A stretch of DNA of 64,000 nt from an uncultured Actinomycetes bacterium (GCA_963727235.1 CAVSFZ010000017.1:9407-73406); one strand, 5' to 3'. Shown: positions 21,311 to 37,080, counted from the stretch's first letter. Numbers and translations: made by a program. Notes: generated from the letters alone by a model not told the origin.

Positions 21311-22137
21311 TCTTCCGCAGCGGGGGCCTCCTCGGCAGCGGCCTCCTCGGCGGGGGCCTCTTCGGCGGCGGGCTCCTCGGCGACCGCAGCCGGCTCTTCG
21401 ACCGCCTCCGGCTCGGGAGCCGCAGCGGCCTCCTCCTCGACCGCCTCGGGCGGAGCCGACGCCGCAGCGGCGGCCTTCGCGCGGGCCTTCTTGGACGGCT
21501 TCTTGACCGACGGCGGGGCGGGCTTCACCTCGGAGCGCACAGGGGCTTCGGCGACCACCGCCGCCTCCGCGGCAGCCTCGGCCTGGCCGCGCTCGGCGAC
21601 CACCTCGGAGTGAGGCTTGATCACCTCGCGCACTTCCTTGCCGCGCAGCTTGGCGAGATCCTCCGGCCGCTTGAGGCCCTGGAGACCCTCGACCGTGGCC
21701 ATCAACAGGTTGATTGGGTTGGCCGTCCCCAGAGACTTGGCCAGGATGTCGCGAACTCCACCGAGCTCGAGCACCGCACGCACGCCGGCGCCGGCGATCA
21801 CGCCGGTGCCCTCGGACGCGGGCTTGAGCAGCACCTGACCGGCGCCGTAGCGCCCCACGATCTGGTGCGTGATGGTGTTCTTGTATTTGGGGATCTGGAA
21901 CATGTTCTTCTTCGCGTCCTCGACGGCCTTGGAGATTGCCGAGGGCACCTCGTTGGCCTTGCCGTAGCCGACGCCGACATGGTCGACCTCGTCGCCCACG
22001 ACCACCAGCGCGGTGAACGAGAACCGCCGGCCGCCTTTGACCACCTTGGCGACGCGGTTGATCTTGACCACGCGCTCCTGCAACTCGCGCCCACCCTCGG
22101 GCTGCGGGCCTCGTGCTGTTTGAGAGGTTCGGGCCAA
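21286..22137 (-). CDS. rpsE: 30S ribosomal protein S5 with ~110-aa Ala/Glu/Pro C-terminal extension
   Basis: Core is [28 protein letters not shown]...; the tail is [14 protein letters not shown]...[25 protein letters not shown]. Confidence 0.9.
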   Translation of the reverse strand: MARTSQTARGPQPEGGRELQERVVKINRVAKVVKGGRRFSFTALVVVGDEVDHVGVGYGKANEVPSAISKAVEDAKKNMFQIPKYKNTITHQIVGRYGAGQVLLKPASEGTGVIAGAGVRAVLELGGVRDILAKSLGTANPINLLMATVEGLQGLKRPEDLAKLRGKEVREVIKPHSEVVAERGQAEAAAEAAVVAEAPVRSEVKPAPPSVKKPSKKARAKAAAAASAPPEAVEEEAAAAPEPEAVEEPAAVAEEPAAEEAPAEEAAAEEAPAAEEPARRGSR

Positions 22138-22140
22138 GGT

Positions 22141-22494
22141 TTAGAACTCCAATCCGGATTCGCGGGCGGCGTCTGCAAGCGCCTTGACACGGCCGTGATA
22201 CAGGTACCCGCCGCGGTCGAACACACATGTCTTGACGCCGGCCGACTGGGCGCGCTCACCCAGCAGCTTGCCGACGGCAGCGGGGGCATCCCCGCGCTTC
22301 ACCTTGGCCAGATCCTTCTCCTGGCTGGAGGCCGCGGCGAGCGTGTGACCGGCGGTGTCGTCGATCATCTGGGCAGCGATCCCGCGGTTGGAGCGATACA
22401 CGGCCAGCCGGGGACGATCGGCGGTGCCGGTGATCTTCTTCCGTACCCGCTGATGCCGGCGTTTGCGTGCCTCTGCTTTTGTCCTGACCGCCAC
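22141..22494 (-). CDS. rplR: 50S ribosomal protein L18
   Basis: [31 protein letters not shown]. Confidence 0.95.
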   Translation of the reverse strand: MAVRTKAEARKRRHQRVRKKITGTADRPRLAVYRSNRGIAAQMIDDTAGHTLAAASSQEKDLAKVKRGDAPAAVGKLLGERAQSAGVKTCVFDRGGYLYHGRVKALADAARESGLEF

Positions 22495-23027
22495 TATGCC
22501 CTCTTTCCGACCTTCAACTGAACGCGCTCGCCCTCATACCGGATGCCCTTGCCCTTGTACGGCTCGGGTGGGCGCCACTTCCGGATCTGGGCCGCGATCT
22601 CGCCGACCTGCTGCTTGGAGATGCCGCGCACGATCACCTGGGTGGGAGCGGGCACATCGAACGTGATCCCTTCCGGGGCCGAAACCTTGACCGGATGGCT
22701 GAAACCCAGCTGCATCTCCAGGTCAGAGCCGCGCAGTGCCGCGCGGTAGCCGACGCCCTGGATCTCGAGCCGGCGCTCGTACCCATCGGTGACGCCGATC
22801 ACCATGTTGGCGACCAGCGACCGGGTGAGCCCGTGCAGCGCGCGATGATCGCTGCGATCGCTGGGCCGTGAGATGCGCAGCACACCGTCCTCGGCGACCA
22901 CCGTGATGTCGGGCGAGATGCGCTCCTCGAGGGCGCCCTTGGGGCCCTTGACCGAGACCGTGCCGGGCCGGATGTCGACCTCGACGCCGGCTGGCACTGG
23001 GATGGGTTTTCTACCGATACGACTCAT
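22494..23027 (-). CDS. rplF: 50S ribosomal protein L6
   Basis: [19 protein letters not shown]...GVGYRA. Confidence 0.95.
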   Translation of the reverse strand: MSRIGRKPIPVPAGVEVDIRPGTVSVKGPKGALEERISPDITVVAEDGVLRISRPSDRSDHRALHGLTRSLVANMVIGVTDGYERRLEIQGVGYRAALRGSDLEMQLGFSHPVKVSAPEGITFDVPAPTQVIVRGISKQQVGEIAAQIRKWRPPEPYKGKGIRYEGERVQLKVGKRA

Positions 23028-23030
23028 GAT

Positions 23031-23426
23031 TCACCACACGTAGCACAGCACTTCGCCACCGACGCCCAGCTCCTGGGCGGTACGGCCGGTGACAACGCCG
23101 TTTGAGGTCGAGAGAATTGCAACGCCCATGCCGCCCAGCACGCGGTGGGGCCGATCCTTGCGGGCATACACGCGCCGGCCGGGCTTGGAGATCCGCTTCA
23201 GCCCCGAGATCACGCGCTCACGGCTGGAGCCGTATCGCAGCGTCACCACCAGAGTGTCGTGCACCTCGCCCTTGGACACGTTGTAGCCGTCGATATAGCC
23301 CTCCTCCTGGAGGATCCGGGCGATTTCCTTCTTCATCCCGGACGCGGGCATCTCGACACGCTCATGCAGCGCCTGGTTGGCGTTGCGAATCCGCGTCAGC
23401 ATGTCCCCAATCGGGTCAGTAACCAT
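23031..23426 (-). CDS. rpsH: 30S ribosomal protein S8
   Basis: [19 protein letters not shown]. Confidence 0.95.
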   Translation of the reverse strand: MVTDPIGDMLTRIRNANQALHERVEMPASGMKKEIARILQEEGYIDGYNVSKGEVHDTLVVTLRYGSSRERVISGLKRISKPGRRVYARKDRPHRVLGGMGVAILSTSNGVVTGRTAQELGVGGEVLCYVW

Positions 23427-23435
23427 GACCGCTCC

Positions 23436-23621
23436 TCACCAGCTGCTCTTCGTCATGCCAGGAATTACCCCCTGGTGTGCAAGCTCGCGCAGACAGATGC
23501 GACACACGCCGAACTTCCGGTAATAGGCACGCGAACGACCGCACCGGCCGCAGCGGTGATACGCCCGCGTCTTGTACTTCGCCGGCCTCGCCTGCTTGAC
23601 TCTGAGTGCTTCCTTTGCCAT
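23436..23621 (-). CDS. rpsN: 30S ribosomal protein S14, type Z (zinc-binding, 61 aa)
   Basis: [38 protein letters not shown]. Confidence 0.95.
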   Translation of the reverse strand: MAKEALRVKQARPAKYKTRAYHRCGRCGRSRAYYRKFGVCRICLRELAHQGVIPGMTKSSW

Positions 23622-23640
23622 CCGTTCCCGTTCCTCTTTC

Positions 23641-24201
23641 TTAGCCTGAGAAAGGCATTCCCAGCGCGCGCAGGAGCTCGCGTGCCTGCTCGTCGTCTGG
23701 AGCCGTGGTCGTAATCACGATATTGAGTCCCCGCACGTCGGTGACATCGTCGTAGTTGATCTCGGGGAAGATCACCTGCTCGCGCACACCCATGGCGAAG
23801 TTGCCACGACCGTCGAACGAGCCGGGATTGATCCCCCGGAAGTCGCGGATCCGGGGCAGTGCGATCGTCATCAGCCGATCCAAGAACTCATACATGCGGT
23901 CGCCCCGCAGCGTCACCTTGCAGCCGATGGGCATGCCCTCGCGCAGCTTGAAGCCTGCGATCGACTTGGTCGCGCGGGTAATCACCGGACGCTGCCCGCT
24001 GATGATGGCCAGCTCCTCCTGGGCGCCGTCGAGCGCCTTGGAGTTCTCCTTGGCCTCGCCCACACCCATGTTCAGGGTGACCTTGGTCACGCGCGGCACC
24101 GCCATCACCGACTTCAGCCCGAACCGCTCCATCAGCTGGTCGCGAACCTCGTCTTCATACCGGTTCTTGAGCCGGGGCGTGGGGACTTCGACTGTGCTCA
24201 T
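23641..24201 (-). CDS. rplE: 50S ribosomal protein L5
   Basis: [38 protein letters not shown]. Confidence 0.95.
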   Translation of the reverse strand: MSTVEVPTPRLKNRYEDEVRDQLMERFGLKSVMAVPRVTKVTLNMGVGEAKENSKALDGAQEELAIISGQRPVITRATKSIAGFKLREGMPIGCKVTLRGDRMYEFLDRLMTIALPRIRDFRGINPGSFDGRGNFAMGVREQVIFPEINYDDVTDVRGLNIVITTTAPDDEQARELLRALGMPFSG

Positions 24202-24554
24202 TTATCGATGTCCTGCTTGCATTTGCGACAGACACGCACCTTGTTTCCGTCCTTCTCGTTGATCCGATAGCCGACCCGGGTGGGCTGGCCGCAGGCCGGG
24301 CAGACGAGTGCCACGTTGGCGACGTACAGCGGCGCCTCGCGCTCGATCACGCCGCCGGGAATGACCCCCTGGGTACCGCTGCTGCGCGGTGCCGGCCGCG
24401 GCTTGGTGTGCCGCTTGATCATGTTGACCTTCTCGACCACCAGACGGCGCTTCTCGGGGATCACGCTCTGGACCGTGCCGCGCTTGCCGGCATCCTTGCC
24501 GGTCAGCACCTGGACGGAATCGCCAGTTCGGATCTTGATCTTTACCTTGGCCAC
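24198..24554 (-). CDS. rplX: 50S ribosomal protein L24 (with CxxC...CxxC ribbon)
   Basis: [24 protein letters not shown]; CPACG...CRKC. Confidence 0.95.
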   Translation of the reverse strand: MAKVKIKIRTGDSVQVLTGKDAGKRGTVQSVIPEKRRLVVEKVNMIKRHTKPRPAPRSSGTQGVIPGGVIEREAPLYVANVALVCPACGQPTRVGYRINEKDGNKVRVCRKCKQDIDK

Positions 24555-24555
24555 T

Positions 24556-24924
24556 TCAAAGCACCTCGGGAGCGAGTGAAACGATCTTCATGAAGTTGCG
24601 TTCCCGCAACTCGCGCGCGACCGGCCCGAAGATGCGGGTGCCGCGAGGGTTGCGCTGAGCATCGATGATCACCGCCGCGTTCTCGTCAAAGGCGATGTAG
24701 GTGCCGTCGTCGCGATGGTGTTGCTTGGTCGTACGCACCACCACCGCCGTGACCACCTCACCCTTCTTGACGGTGCCGTTGGGGGTGGCCTGCTTGACGG
24801 TGCCCACAATGATATCTCCGACGCCCGCATACCGGCGCCGACTCCCCCCCTTGATGCGGATGCAAAGGAGCACGCGGGCGCCGGTGTTGTCGGCAACTCG
24901 CAGGCGGCTTTCCACCTGAATCAC
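24556..24924 (-). CDS. rplN: 50S ribosomal protein L14
   Basis: [27 protein letters not shown]. Confidence 0.95.
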   Translation of the reverse strand: MIQVESRLRVADNTGARVLLCIRIKGGSRRRYAGVGDIIVGTVKQATPNGTVKKGEVVTAVVVRTTKQHHRDDGTYIAFDENAAVIIDAQRNPRGTRIFGPVARELRERNFMKIVSLAPEVL

Positions 24925-25211
24925 TTCGCCACCTCGACGATCTCGGCCATCCGCCAGCGCTTGGTCTTGCTGAGCGGTCGCGTCTCCACCAGTCGCACCA
25001 CATCACCGGCCTTGGCAGCGCCCTCCTCGTCATGGGCGTGCAGCCGGATCGATCGGCGCATGGTCTTCTTGTACTTGGGATGGGACTTGACCACGTCCAC
25101 GCGCACGACGATCGTCTTGTCCATCGCTGCGGACACGACCACGCCCCGGCGTTCCTTGCGCCGGCCGCGCTCTGCCTGCTCTGGGGCTTGGGTGTCTGGG
25201 TCGGTGCTCAT
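24921..25211 (-). CDS. rpsQ: 30S ribosomal protein S17
   Basis: [32 protein letters not shown]. Confidence 0.95.
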   Translation of the reverse strand: MSTDPDTQAPEQAERGRRKERRGVVVSAAMDKTIVVRVDVVKSHPKYKKTMRRSIRLHAHDEEGAAKAGDVVRLVETRPLSKTKRWRMAEIVEVAK

Positions 25212-25420
25212 ACGTCCTTCACGGTTCGATTGCGCTCGCCGCCGAGTGTCAGGAGGCGAGCAATGTCGCGCTTCACACGGGCGAGCGCGGCGGTGTTGTC
25301 AAGCGCGCCGGTGGCGTGCTGGAATCGCAGGTTGAACAGCTCTTGGCGGGTCTCGGCCAGCTTGCGGCCGAGCTCGTCTTCGGTCAGCTCACGGATTTCA
25401 CTGGCCCTCAAAGAGATCAC
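25208..25420 (-). CDS. rpmC: 50S ribosomal protein L29
   Basis: [30 protein letters not shown]. An alternative TTG start at 25411 would shorten the overlap with rplP. Confidence 0.9.
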   Translation of the reverse strand: MISLRASEIRELTEDELGRKLAETRQELFNLRFQHATGALDNTAALARVKRDIARLLTLGGERNRTVKDV

Positions 25421-25825
25421 CTTCTCGAGAGACGAACTTGGTCTTGATGGGAAGCTTCATCGCCGCCAGCCGGATGGCGTCGCGGGCGAGCGGCTCGGGC
25501 ACACCGGCCAGCTCGAACATGACCCGCCCGGGCTTGACCACGGCCACCCAGCCCTCGGGTGAGCCCTTGCCGGAACCCATGCGTGTCTCGGCCGGCTTCT
25601 TGGTCACCGACTTGTCCGGGAACACGGTGATCCACACCTTGCCACCGCGCTTGATCTTGCGGGTCATCGCGATACGGGCAGCCTCGATCTGGCGGTTGGT
25701 GACCCAACCGGTCTCGAGCGCCTTGAGCCCGTACTCGCCGAACTGCACGCGGGTGTGGCCCTTGGCCATCCCGCGCCGCCGGCCGCGATGCACCTTGCGG
25801 AACTTGGTTCGCTTGGGCAGAAGCA

Positions 25826-25826
<1 letters not shown>
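25398..25826 (-). CDS. rplP: 50S ribosomal protein L16
   Basis: [23 protein letters not shown]. Confidence 0.95.
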
Positions 25827-26838
<1,012 letters not shown>

Positions 26839-26839
<1 letters not shown>

Positions 26840-27513
26840 TAGCTGGAGGCCTCCTGATCGTCTTTGGTGTCGCTCGGCTGATCCTCGGCCTCGGCCTCGG
26901 GAGTCGGCTCAGTCTCTGGTTCGGGCTCGGCAGCCGGCTCGGCCTCGGTGGCCGCCTCGGCCTCGGGCTCGGCCTTGGGCTTCTTGGCCCGGGGCTTTCG
27001 CTTGGGCTTTGGCTTGGGGGCCTCCTCGACCACCGCCGTCTCCTCGGCAACGGCCTCGTCGGCCGCTTCGACCTCGGGCTCGGGCTCGGGTGCAGGCGGC
27101 GGAGGTGCAGCAGGCGCAGCCGCCGGGCGGGGCGCACGGCGCTTGATCTCGCCGGGCTCGGCCACGGCCAGGGTGATGGTGATGTGACAGGTGCGCTTCT
27201 CGATGCGGTTGACGCGGCCGCGGGCGCGGGGCCGCCAGCGCTTCAGCGTCGGCCCCTCATCGGCATAGGCCGCGGCGACCACCAGATCCTCCACGTCGTG
27301 ACCGTTGTTGTTCTCGGCGTTGGCGATCGCCGACGCCAGCACCTTGCCGGCATCGCGAGCGGCAGCGCGCGTATGAAAACCGAGGATGTCGCGAGCTTCC
27401 ACGGCCGACTTGCCGCGGATGTGCTCGAGCACCAGCCGCGCCTTGCGCGCAGAAGTGCGCACGTAGCGGGCCTGTGCCTTGACGGTCTCGCGTTCGGGTG
27501 AAACTGTTGCCAT
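26839..27513 (-). CDS. rplV: 50S ribosomal protein L22 with ~105-aa Ala/Pro/Glu/Lys C-terminal extension
   Basis: Core is [24 protein letters not shown]...; the tail is [24 protein letters not shown]...[58 protein letters not shown]. Confidence 0.9.
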
Positions 27514-27516
27514 CGG

Positions 27517-27801
27517 TTAGCGGCCCTTCAGCCTGGAGGTGCGGTCATTGCCGTGTCCACGGTAGGTGCGAGTGGGCGCGAACTCGCCCAGCTTGTGACC
27601 GACCATCGACTCCGACACGAACACCGGCACGTGCTTGCGGCCGTCGTGGACGGCGATCGTGTGCCCCACGAACTCCGGGAAGATGGTGGACGCGCGCGAC
27701 CAGGTCTTGAGCATGCGCTTCTGCTGGGTCTGGTTCATTTCCTCGACCCGCTTCATCAGTTTGGGGTCGACGAAAGGCCCCTTCTTGCTCGATCGGCTCA
27801 T
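27517..27801 (-). CDS. rpsS: 30S ribosomal protein S19
   Basis: [19 protein letters not shown]...[15 protein letters not shown]. Confidence 0.95.
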   Translation of the reverse strand: MSRSSKKGPFVDPKLMKRVEEMNQTQQKRMLKTWSRASTIFPEFVGHTIAVHDGRKHVPVFVSESMVGHKLGEFAPTRTYRGHGNDRTSRLKGR

Positions 27802-28640
27802 CGCTTCTTCCCCTTGCCTCGGCGCCGCGGCCTAACGATGTCCTGCGTCGAGGCCTTCTTCTTGTTCCGCGTGCGGAAGCCGAGTGTCGGCTTGCCCCAG
27901 GGCGTCACCGGATGGCTGCCCTTGTTCTTGCCTTCGCCGCCGCCGTGCGGATGATCGACGGGGTTCATCACAGTTCCGCGCACCGTCGGGCGCTTGCCCT
28001 TCCAGCGCGAACGCCCAGCCTTGCCGCCGGACTCGATCTCGTGCGTGACGTTTCCGAGCTGGCCGACGGTCGCGCGGCAGTTCTCGTCGACGCGACGCAT
28101 CTCCCCCGACGGCAGTCGCAGCAGCGCCTTCCCGCCCTCGCGGGCGACCAGCTGGGCCGAGCCGCCGGCAGAGCGCACCATCTTGCCGCCCTGGCCGGGC
28201 CGCAGCTCGACGTTGTGGACGGTGGTGCCGGTGGGCATGCTGGAAAGCGGCAGCGCGTTTCCAGGGCGGATGTCGACGTTCGGGCCGGACTCGACCTTGG
28301 CGCCCACCCGCAGCCTCAGCGGCGCCAGGATGTAGCGCTTCTCACCGTCGGCGTAATGCAGAAGCGCGATCCGCGACGACCTGTTGGGGTCGTACTCGAT
28401 CGAGTGCACCTTGGCGGGAATCCCGTCCTTGGTGCGCTTGAAATCGATCAGGCGATACCGGCGCTTGTGGCCGCCGCCGCGATGGCGCGTGGTGATGCGG
28501 CCGTTGACGTTCCGACCACCGTGCTTGTGCAGCGGCGCGAGCAGCGTCTTCTCGGGCTCGGACTTGGTGATCTCTGAGAAGTCCGAGACCGTCATGAACC
28601 GACGCCCCGGCGATGTTGGTTTGAACTTTCTGACTGCCAT
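27798..28640 (-). CDS. rplB: 50S ribosomal protein L2
   Basis: [21 protein letters not shown]...[13 protein letters not shown]. Confidence 0.95.
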   Translation of the reverse strand: MAVRKFKPTSPGRRFMTVSDFSEITKSEPEKTLLAPLHKHGGRNVNGRITTRHRGGGHKRRYRLIDFKRTKDGIPAKVHSIEYDPNRSSRIALLHYADGEKRYILAPLRLRVGAKVESGPNVDIRPGNALPLSSMPTGTTVHNVELRPGQGGKMVRSAGGSAQLVAREGGKALLRLPSGEMRRVDENCRATVGQLGNVTHEIESGGKAGRSRWKGKRPTVRGTVMNPVDHPHGGGEGKNKGSHPVTPWGKPTLGFRTRNKKKASTQDIVRPRRRGKGKKR

Positions 28641-28645
28641 CGCTC

Positions 28646-28942
28646 CTAGACCCCCGGTCCGAACGCTTCGATGGTCTGGCCCTCGGCGATCGTGACGACC
28701 GCCTTCTTCCAGCCCGGACGCGTGCCCACGCTCATGCCGCGGCGCTTGGGCTTTGCTTGAACCTTGATGATGTTGACCGCGATCACGTCGACGCCGAAGA
28801 CCTCTTCGACGGCCTGCCGCACCTGGGTCTTGTGCGCCGTTGCGAGCACCTTGAAGGTGTATTTGCGGCGCTCGGCGATGAGCCCGTAGCTCTTCTCCGA
28901 GACGACCGGCGCGACCAACACACTGCGAGCCTCACCGTTCAC
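28646..28942 (-). CDS. rplW: 50S ribosomal protein L23
   Basis: Start is trimmed to the GTG at 28942, a GTGA overlap with the rplD stop. Sequence: [28 protein letters not shown]. Confidence 0.9.
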   Translation of the reverse strand: MNGEARSVLVAPVVSEKSYGLIAERRKYTFKVLATAHKTQVRQAVEEVFGVDVIAVNIIKVQAKPKRRGMSVGTRPGWKKAVVTIAEGQTIEAFGPGV

Positions 28943-29556
28943 GTCGCGCTCCCTTCCAGCGCCTTCAGCGCGGACTTGGTGATGGCCAGCCGGCGCGCCC
29001 ACACGACGTCTGCGACCTCGAGGCCGTTGACCTCGATCACGTGGGTTCGGTCGAGGTTGCGGAACGAGCGCGCGGCAGCGTCCTCCTCGGAGGTGACCAC
29101 GACCACCAGCGGGCCGCGATCGTGCCAGTCGGCCACCAGCTCGGCTGCCTGCTTGGTCTTGGGCGCCTTGAAGGCAGCGCCGTCGAGAGCCGCCAAGGTG
29201 CCTCCGGCAGCGTGTGCCGAGAGGGCGATTTGCAGGGCTTTCTGATGCGCCTTGCGATTGACCTTGCCGGTGTAGTTGCGCGGGCTGGGGCCGAACACCA
29301 CGCCACCGCCGGTCCATTGCGGCGCGCGCGTGGTACCGGCGCGCGCTCGGCCGGTGCCCTTCTGGCGCCACGGCTTGGAACGACCGCCGGCAACCATGCC
29401 GCGGGTCTTGGTCGCGTGCGTGCCCTGGCGGCGGGCGGCCAGCTCGGCGCGCACGACCTCGTGCACCAGACTGTCGTTGCGCTCGGCTCCGAATGTCCCC
29501 GGATCGAGCTTGGCCTTGGTGGTGGCGCCCAGCACGGGCGCGTTCAGCGCGGCCAT
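28939..29556 (-). CDS. rplD: 50S ribosomal protein L4
   Basis: GRSKPWRQKGTGRARAGTTRAPQWTGGGVVFGP. Confidence 0.95.
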   Translation of the reverse strand: MAALNAPVLGATTKAKLDPGTFGAERNDSLVHEVVRAELAARRQGTHATKTRGMVAGGRSKPWRQKGTGRARAGTTRAPQWTGGGVVFGPSPRNYTGKVNRKAHQKALQIALSAHAAGGTLAALDGAAFKAPKTKQAAELVADWHDRGPLVVVVTSEEDAAARSFRNLDRTHVIEVNGLEVADVVWARRLAITKSALKALEGSAT

Positions 29557-30188
29557 CAGGAATCGCTCCTGATCTCGACCACGCCGCCGACCGCGCCGGG
29601 AACGGCGCCCTTGATCAGCAGCAGATTCTTCTCGGCGTCGACCTCAACCACCGACAGGCCGCGCTGGGTAACGCGCTCGTGGCCCATGTGGCCCGCCATC
29701 TTCATGCCCTTGAACACCCGCGCGGGATAGGCGGCAGCGCCGATCGATCCGGGAGCGCGCACGTTGTGCGAACCGTGGGACACGGGGCCGCGATGGAAGC
29801 GGTGGCGCTTGATGGTGCCGGCGAAGCCCTTACCCTTGGACGTCCCCGAGACCTTGACCTTGTCGCCGACCTCGAACGCTTCCACCGTCACGCTCTCACC
29901 GACGGCGAATCCCTCCACTCCGCGCAGCTCGACCAGATGCTTGTGCGGGCCGACGCCGGCGGTCGCCAAGTGGCCGGTCTCGGGCTTGCTGAGCTTGCGC
30001 GGCTTGACCTCGCCGTAGGCGATCTGGACGGCCGTATAGCCGTCGACGTCCTGGGTGCGCACGGCCGCGACCGGGCACGGCCCCGCCTCGATCACCGTGA
30101 CAGGAGTCACCCGCCCGGATTCCTCGTCGAACAGCTGGGTCATCCCGAGCTTGGTACCGATGATGCCTTTTGAAGCAAACTGGGCCAT
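29556..30188 (-). CDS. rplC: 50S ribosomal protein L3
   Basis: Start is trimmed to the ATG at 30188 ([21 protein letters not shown]). Confidence 0.9.
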   Translation of the reverse strand: MAQFASKGIIGTKLGMTQLFDEESGRVTPVTVIEAGPCPVAAVRTQDVDGYTAVQIAYGEVKPRKLSKPETGHLATAGVGPHKHLVELRGVEGFAVGESVTVEAFEVGDKVKVSGTSKGKGFAGTIKRHRFHRGPVSHGSHNVRAPGSIGAAAYPARVFKGMKMAGHMGHERVTQRGLSVVEVDAEKNLLLIKGAVPGAVGGVVEIRSDS

Positions 30189-30192
30189 CGCG

Positions 30193-30501
30193 CTACAGCT
30201 TGATCTCGATGTCGACACCGGCCGGCAGATCGAGCCGCATCAGCGAATCGACCGTCTTGGGTGTCGGTTGATGGATGTCGATCAACCGCTTGTGCGTGCG
30301 GATCTCGAAGTGCTCACGTGAATCCTTGTCCTTGAAGGGACCGCGGATCACGCAGTACACGTTCTTTTCGGTTGGGAGGGGCACAGGGCCCGACACCGAA
30401 GCGCCGGACCGCTGGGCCGTCTCCACGATCGAGCGAGCCGACAGGTCGACCTGAGTATGGTCGTAGCCTTTCAGGCGTATGCGGATCTTTTGAGCTGCCA
30501 C
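30193..30501 (-). CDS. rpsJ: 30S ribosomal protein S10
   Basis: (GTG)[19 protein letters not shown]. It begins only 34 nt downstream of the tuf stop. Confidence 0.95.
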   Translation of the reverse strand: MAAQKIRIRLKGYDHTQVDLSARSIVETAQRSGASVSGPVPLPTEKNVYCVIRGPFKDKDSREHFEIRTHKRLIDIHQPTPKTVDSLMRLDLPAGVDIEIKL

Positions 30502-30535
30502 AGTTTCAGTCGTTCCCGTCGATCGTTTACGAGGT

Positions 30536-31726
<1,191 letters not shown>

Positions 31727-31737
31727 TCGGGTCTCCT

Positions 31738-33846
<2,109 letters not shown>

Positions 33847-33859
33847 GATTCCTCTACTC

Positions 33860-34330
33860 CTACCAGCGATAGTGCGCAAAGGCCTTGTTGGCCTGCGCCA
33901 TCCGGTACATGTCGTCCTTTTTCTTGAACGCGCCGCCCTGCTGGTTGGTGGCATCGAGAATCTCACCTGCGAGCTTCTCGTAAGACTCCTTCTCGCGGCG
34001 CTGCCGTGCGAACTGGATCAACCAGCGCACTGCCAGCGTCCGGGCGCGGCGCTGCGGCACCTCGATCGGCACCTGGTAGTTGGCACCGCCAACCCTGCGT
34101 GACCGAACCTCGAGCACCGGGGTAACCGACTTGACCGCGCGCTCGAGCACCTCGACGGGGCTCTGGCCGGTCTTCTCGCCGACCGACTCCAATGCGCGGT
34201 AGACGATCTGCTCGGCGGTCGACTTCTTGCCGTCCAGCATCACACGGTTGATCACCTGTGTGACCAGCGTTGAGTCGTACACCGGGTCGCGCAACAGGGA
34301 GCGCGGGGTGATTTCTGCTCGTCGAGGCAT
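33860..34330 (-). CDS. rpsG: 30S ribosomal protein S7
   Basis: [37 protein letters not shown]. Confidence 0.95.
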   Translation of the reverse strand: MPRRAEITPRSLLRDPVYDSTLVTQVINRVMLDGKKSTAEQIVYRALESVGEKTGQSPVEVLERAVKSVTPVLEVRSRRVGGANYQVPIEVPQRRARTLAVRWLIQFARQRREKESYEKLAGEILDATNQQGGAFKKKDDMYRMAQANKAFAHYRW

Positions 34331-34337
34331 GCTGCGA

Positions 34338-34712
34338 TCAGCCTCCGGCCTTCTTGGCGCCGTACTTGGAGCGCGCCTGGCGACGATCGCCGACGCCGGA
34401 GGTATCCAGCGCCGCGCGAATCACCTTGTACCGCACACCGGGCAGGTCCTTGACGCGGCCGCCACGGATCAGCACCACCGAGTGCTCCTGCAGGTTGTGG
34501 CCGATGCCGGGGATGTACGCCGTCACTTCCATGTTGTTGGTGAGGCGGACGCGGCAGACCTTGCGCAGGGCGGAGTTCGGCTTCTTGGGCGTGATCGTGT
34601 AGACACGCGTGCACACACCCCGCTTTTGGGGTGCACCGCGCAGGGCGGGCGTCTTGGTCTTCGTGGACGCCTTGACCCGGGGCTTGCGGACGAGCTGATT
34701 AATCGTGGGCAT
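34338..34712 (-). CDS. rpsL: 30S ribosomal protein S12
   Basis: [39 protein letters not shown]. Confidence 0.97.
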   Translation of the reverse strand: MPTINQLVRKPRVKASTKTKTPALRGAPQKRGVCTRVYTITPKKPNSALRKVCRVRLTNNMEVTAYIPGIGHNLQEHSVVLIRGGRVKDLPGVRYKVIRAALDTSGVGDRRQARSKYGAKKAGG

Positions 34713-34778
34713 GCGGTTTGCGAGAACTCTCTGTTAGGACGCAGAAAGACACGGGCCGGGTTCCGGCCGCGACGGGGA

Positions 34779-34806
34779 ACTCTATCACGGGAGAAGGGCC
34801 GTGCAA
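34779..34806 (-). promoter_or_regulatory. candidate rpsL-operon promoter TTGCAC-16-(TG)ATAGAGT
   Basis: Minus strand reads ggcTTGCACggcccttctcccgTGaTAGAGTtcc. The -10 lies about 67 nt upstream of the rpsL ATG. Confidence 0.45.
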
Positions 34807-34838
34807 GCCACATCGGAAAGGCTCTAGGCTGCGGCAGG

Positions 34839-36755
34839 ATGAGGCTCGCGCTCGTGTCGACAACTGCCCTGCTAACGGCCGTATTCGTGGTCGGTGGCCC
34901 GGCCCTCGCTGTTGCTTCGGGCCCGCGCGCGGTGGTCCGGGTGAATCAGGTCGGATACCGCCCCGGAGACGCCAAACGGGCGGTGCTGCTGTCCACCGTC
35001 TCTGAGGCCGGAGCCCGGTTTGCGGTCGTGAACGCGGCCGGAACAACGATCCTGCGGGGTCAGGCCGGCCGCGCGCTGCCGGCCTGGAGTGGCCGGTACC
35101 GGTTCGCGCGGGTGATCGACTTCAGCGCCGCGCGCGCTCCAGGTGGCGCCCATATCGCGGTCACCGGCCCCGCCCGGGCCTCCTCACCGCGGTTTCGGAT
35201 CGAGACCAACGCCGCCCTGTACGCACCGCTGGTGCGAAACGCGGTGCGGTTCTACCAGTCCCAGCGGGACGGGCCGAACGTGATCGGAAGCGTGCTCGAC
35301 CGGCAGCCGTCCCACGCCAACGACGCGCACGCGGCGGTCACCGGCGCGCCGGTGTACCGGTACGACTCGCTCACGGGCGATCCGCCGCTCCTGGGCGGAA
35401 CGCACGACGTCTCCGGCGGGTGGTTCGACGCGGGTGACTACATCAAGCTGGTGCACACCACCAGCTACACCGAGGCGGTGCTCCTGACCGCCGTTCGGGA
35501 ACATCCCCAGAAGCTCTCGCAGCCGAATCGGAACCTGCGAGCCGAGGCCCGCTTCGGGCTGGACTGGCTCAACAAGATGTGGGACGACGCCGGCGGCACG
35601 CTCTACTACCAGGTGGGGATCGGCGACGGAAACGGGTGCGGCTCGATCTGCGGCGACCACGACATCTGGCGGCTGCCCCAGGTGGACGACACCTACGCCG
35701 GCAGCGATCCGCGGTTCAAGTACATCCGCAACCGCCCGGCGTTTCGGGCAGGTGCCGCCGGGCAGCTCGTCAGCCCCAACCTGGCGGGACGGCTGGCCGC
35801 CGACTTCGCGCTCTGTTATCAGGTGTACCGGGGCAGCAACCCCACCTTCGCCGCCGATTGCCTGCGCTCGGCCGAGCACGTGTTCGGGCTGGCGCGCACG
35901 TCGGGGATCCATCGGCTGCGCACCGCCTCGCCGTATGACTATTACCCGGAGACGCAGTGGCGCGACGACCTCGAGTACGGGGCGGCGGAGTTGACCCTCG
36001 CGCTGCAGGCCGGCAATCTCCCGAGCGGCTTGGCCCATACCGACCCGCTGTACTACCTGCGGCGGGCAAGCCACTGGGCCGGGAAGTACATGGCATCCTC
36101 CGACCAGGACTCACTGAACCTGTACGACGTGTCGGGGATCGCGCACGGCGAGCTGGCCGATGCGATCGTCGCCGCCGGGCATCCCGCCGGGCTGGAGACG
36201 ACGCGGGCAGCGCTGATCCGCAACCTGCGATCCAAGCTGGCTGCGGGCGTGTCCGAGTCTGCGTCCGACCCGTTCGGCTTCGGCGTCCAGTACGGGACGT
36301 GGGACGAGACGCCGCACGCGCTGGGGTACGCGTACGAGGCCGGCGAGTACGACCGGCTCACGCACACCAACACGTACGAGGCGTTTGGCCGCCGCCAGGT
36401 GGATTGGGTGCTTGGGCGGAACGCGTGGGGGTCATCGTTCGTGGTGGGCGCCGGGCGGGTGTTCCCCAAGTGCATGCAGAGCCAGATCGCCAACCTGTCC
36501 GGCTCGCTCAACGGGCGGCCGCCGCTGCAGCTGGGAGCGACCGTCGACGGCCCCAACCCCGCCGACGTCTTCACCGACCTGGGGCTACCGGGCGGAGCGC
36601 ACAGTTGCCCGGCAGGAGGCACAAACCGCTTCCGGCCCTTCGACGCCCGCGGCGCCCGCTACATGGACGACGCGCGGGCCTGGCCGAGCGTCGAGCCGAC
36701 GCTCGACTACACCGCGCTTGGCGTGCTGCTCTTCGCGAACCGCGCGCTTGGGTGA
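34839..36755 (+). CDS. secreted glycoside hydrolase family 9 (endoglucanase-like) with N-terminal Ig-like domain
   Basis: Start is trimmed to the ATG at 34839 (signal peptide MRLALVSTTALLTAVFVVGGPALAVASG). GH9 signature HDVSGGWFDAGDYIKL. It is the only plus-strand gene between 13.1 and 58.7 kb. Confidence 0.8.
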   Translation: MRLALVSTTALLTAVFVVGGPALAVASGPRAVVRVNQVGYRPGDAKRAVLLSTVSEAGARFAVVNAAGTTILRGQAGRALPAWSGRYRFARVIDFSAARAPGGAHIAVTGPARASSPRFRIETNAALYAPLVRNAVRFYQSQRDGPNVIGSVLDRQPSHANDAHAAVTGAPVYRYDSLTGDPPLLGGTHDVSGGWFDAGDYIKLVHTTSYTEAVLLTAVREHPQKLSQPNRNLRAEARFGLDWLNKMWDDAGGTLYYQVGIGDGNGCGSICGDHDIWRLPQVDDTYAGSDPRFKYIRNRPAFRAGAAGQLVSPNLAGRLAADFALCYQVYRGSNPTFAADCLRSAEHVFGLARTSGIHRLRTASPYDYYPETQWRDDLEYGAAELTLALQAGNLPSGLAHTDPLYYLRRASHWAGKYMASSDQDSLNLYDVSGIAHGELADAIVAAGHPAGLETTRAALIRNLRSKLAAGVSESASDPFGFGVQYGTWDETPHALGYAYEAGEYDRLTHTNTYEAFGRRQVDWVLGRNAWGSSFVVGAGRVFPKCMQSQIANLSGSLNGRPPLQLGATVDGPNPADVFTDLGLPGGAHSCPAGGTNRFRPFDARGARYMDDARAWPSVEPTLDYTALGVLLFANRALG

Positions 36756-36783
36756 ATAATGGTGCCTGGCACCAATTATTCAC
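36752..36783. repeat. palindromic repeat, copy c: GTGAATAAT-GGTGCC-T-GGCACCAATTATTCAC
   Basis: Read directly from the sequence. There is a one-base bulge in the left arm. The TGA of the left arm (36753-36755) is the GH9 stop codon. Confidence 0.9.
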
Positions 36784-36894
36784 CGCTTACGCCCAGTGGT
36801 GGTCACATTGCGGAAGGCGTGCCGGATGGACATGCCGGCGCACGTCCGATTTCGATCGTAGAGTCTCACAGCGGGCTGCGACAGCTCGCGACGG

Positions 36895-37080
36895 CTAGGA
36901 GCAACGACTGGACCGCCGCTTCAACTCCACCGTAGCGACGACCAGGAGGCCGCTAACGAGACCGAACGCAGCATCTCCATAGTCAGTCGTTCCAAACCAC
37001 AGCCAGTTGATCGAGGTTGAGATCGCCACCCCACCCAGGGGGGCCACAACCCAACGCCACTTCGAGTCAAAGACATTCAT
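36895..37080 (-). CDS. small (61 aa) two-TM membrane protein, hypothetical
   Basis: Start is trimmed to the ATG at 37080, with GAGG 6 nt upstream. Sequence is MNVFDSKWRWVVAPLGGVAISTSINWLWFGTTDYGDAAFGLVSGLLVVATVELKRRSSRCS. It lies 28 nt downstream of the secreted-protein gene. Confidence 0.5.
   Translation of the reverse strand: MNVFDSKWRWVVAPLGGVAISTSINWLWFGTTDYGDAAFGLVSGLLVVATVELKRRSSRCS

Noticed and set aside
36784-36894. A 17-codon minus-strand ORF (MSIRHAFRNVTTTGRKR) ends in the TGA of palindrome copy c.
   Set aside because: It has no SD and no supporting composition. It is too short to evaluate and probably arises by chance.
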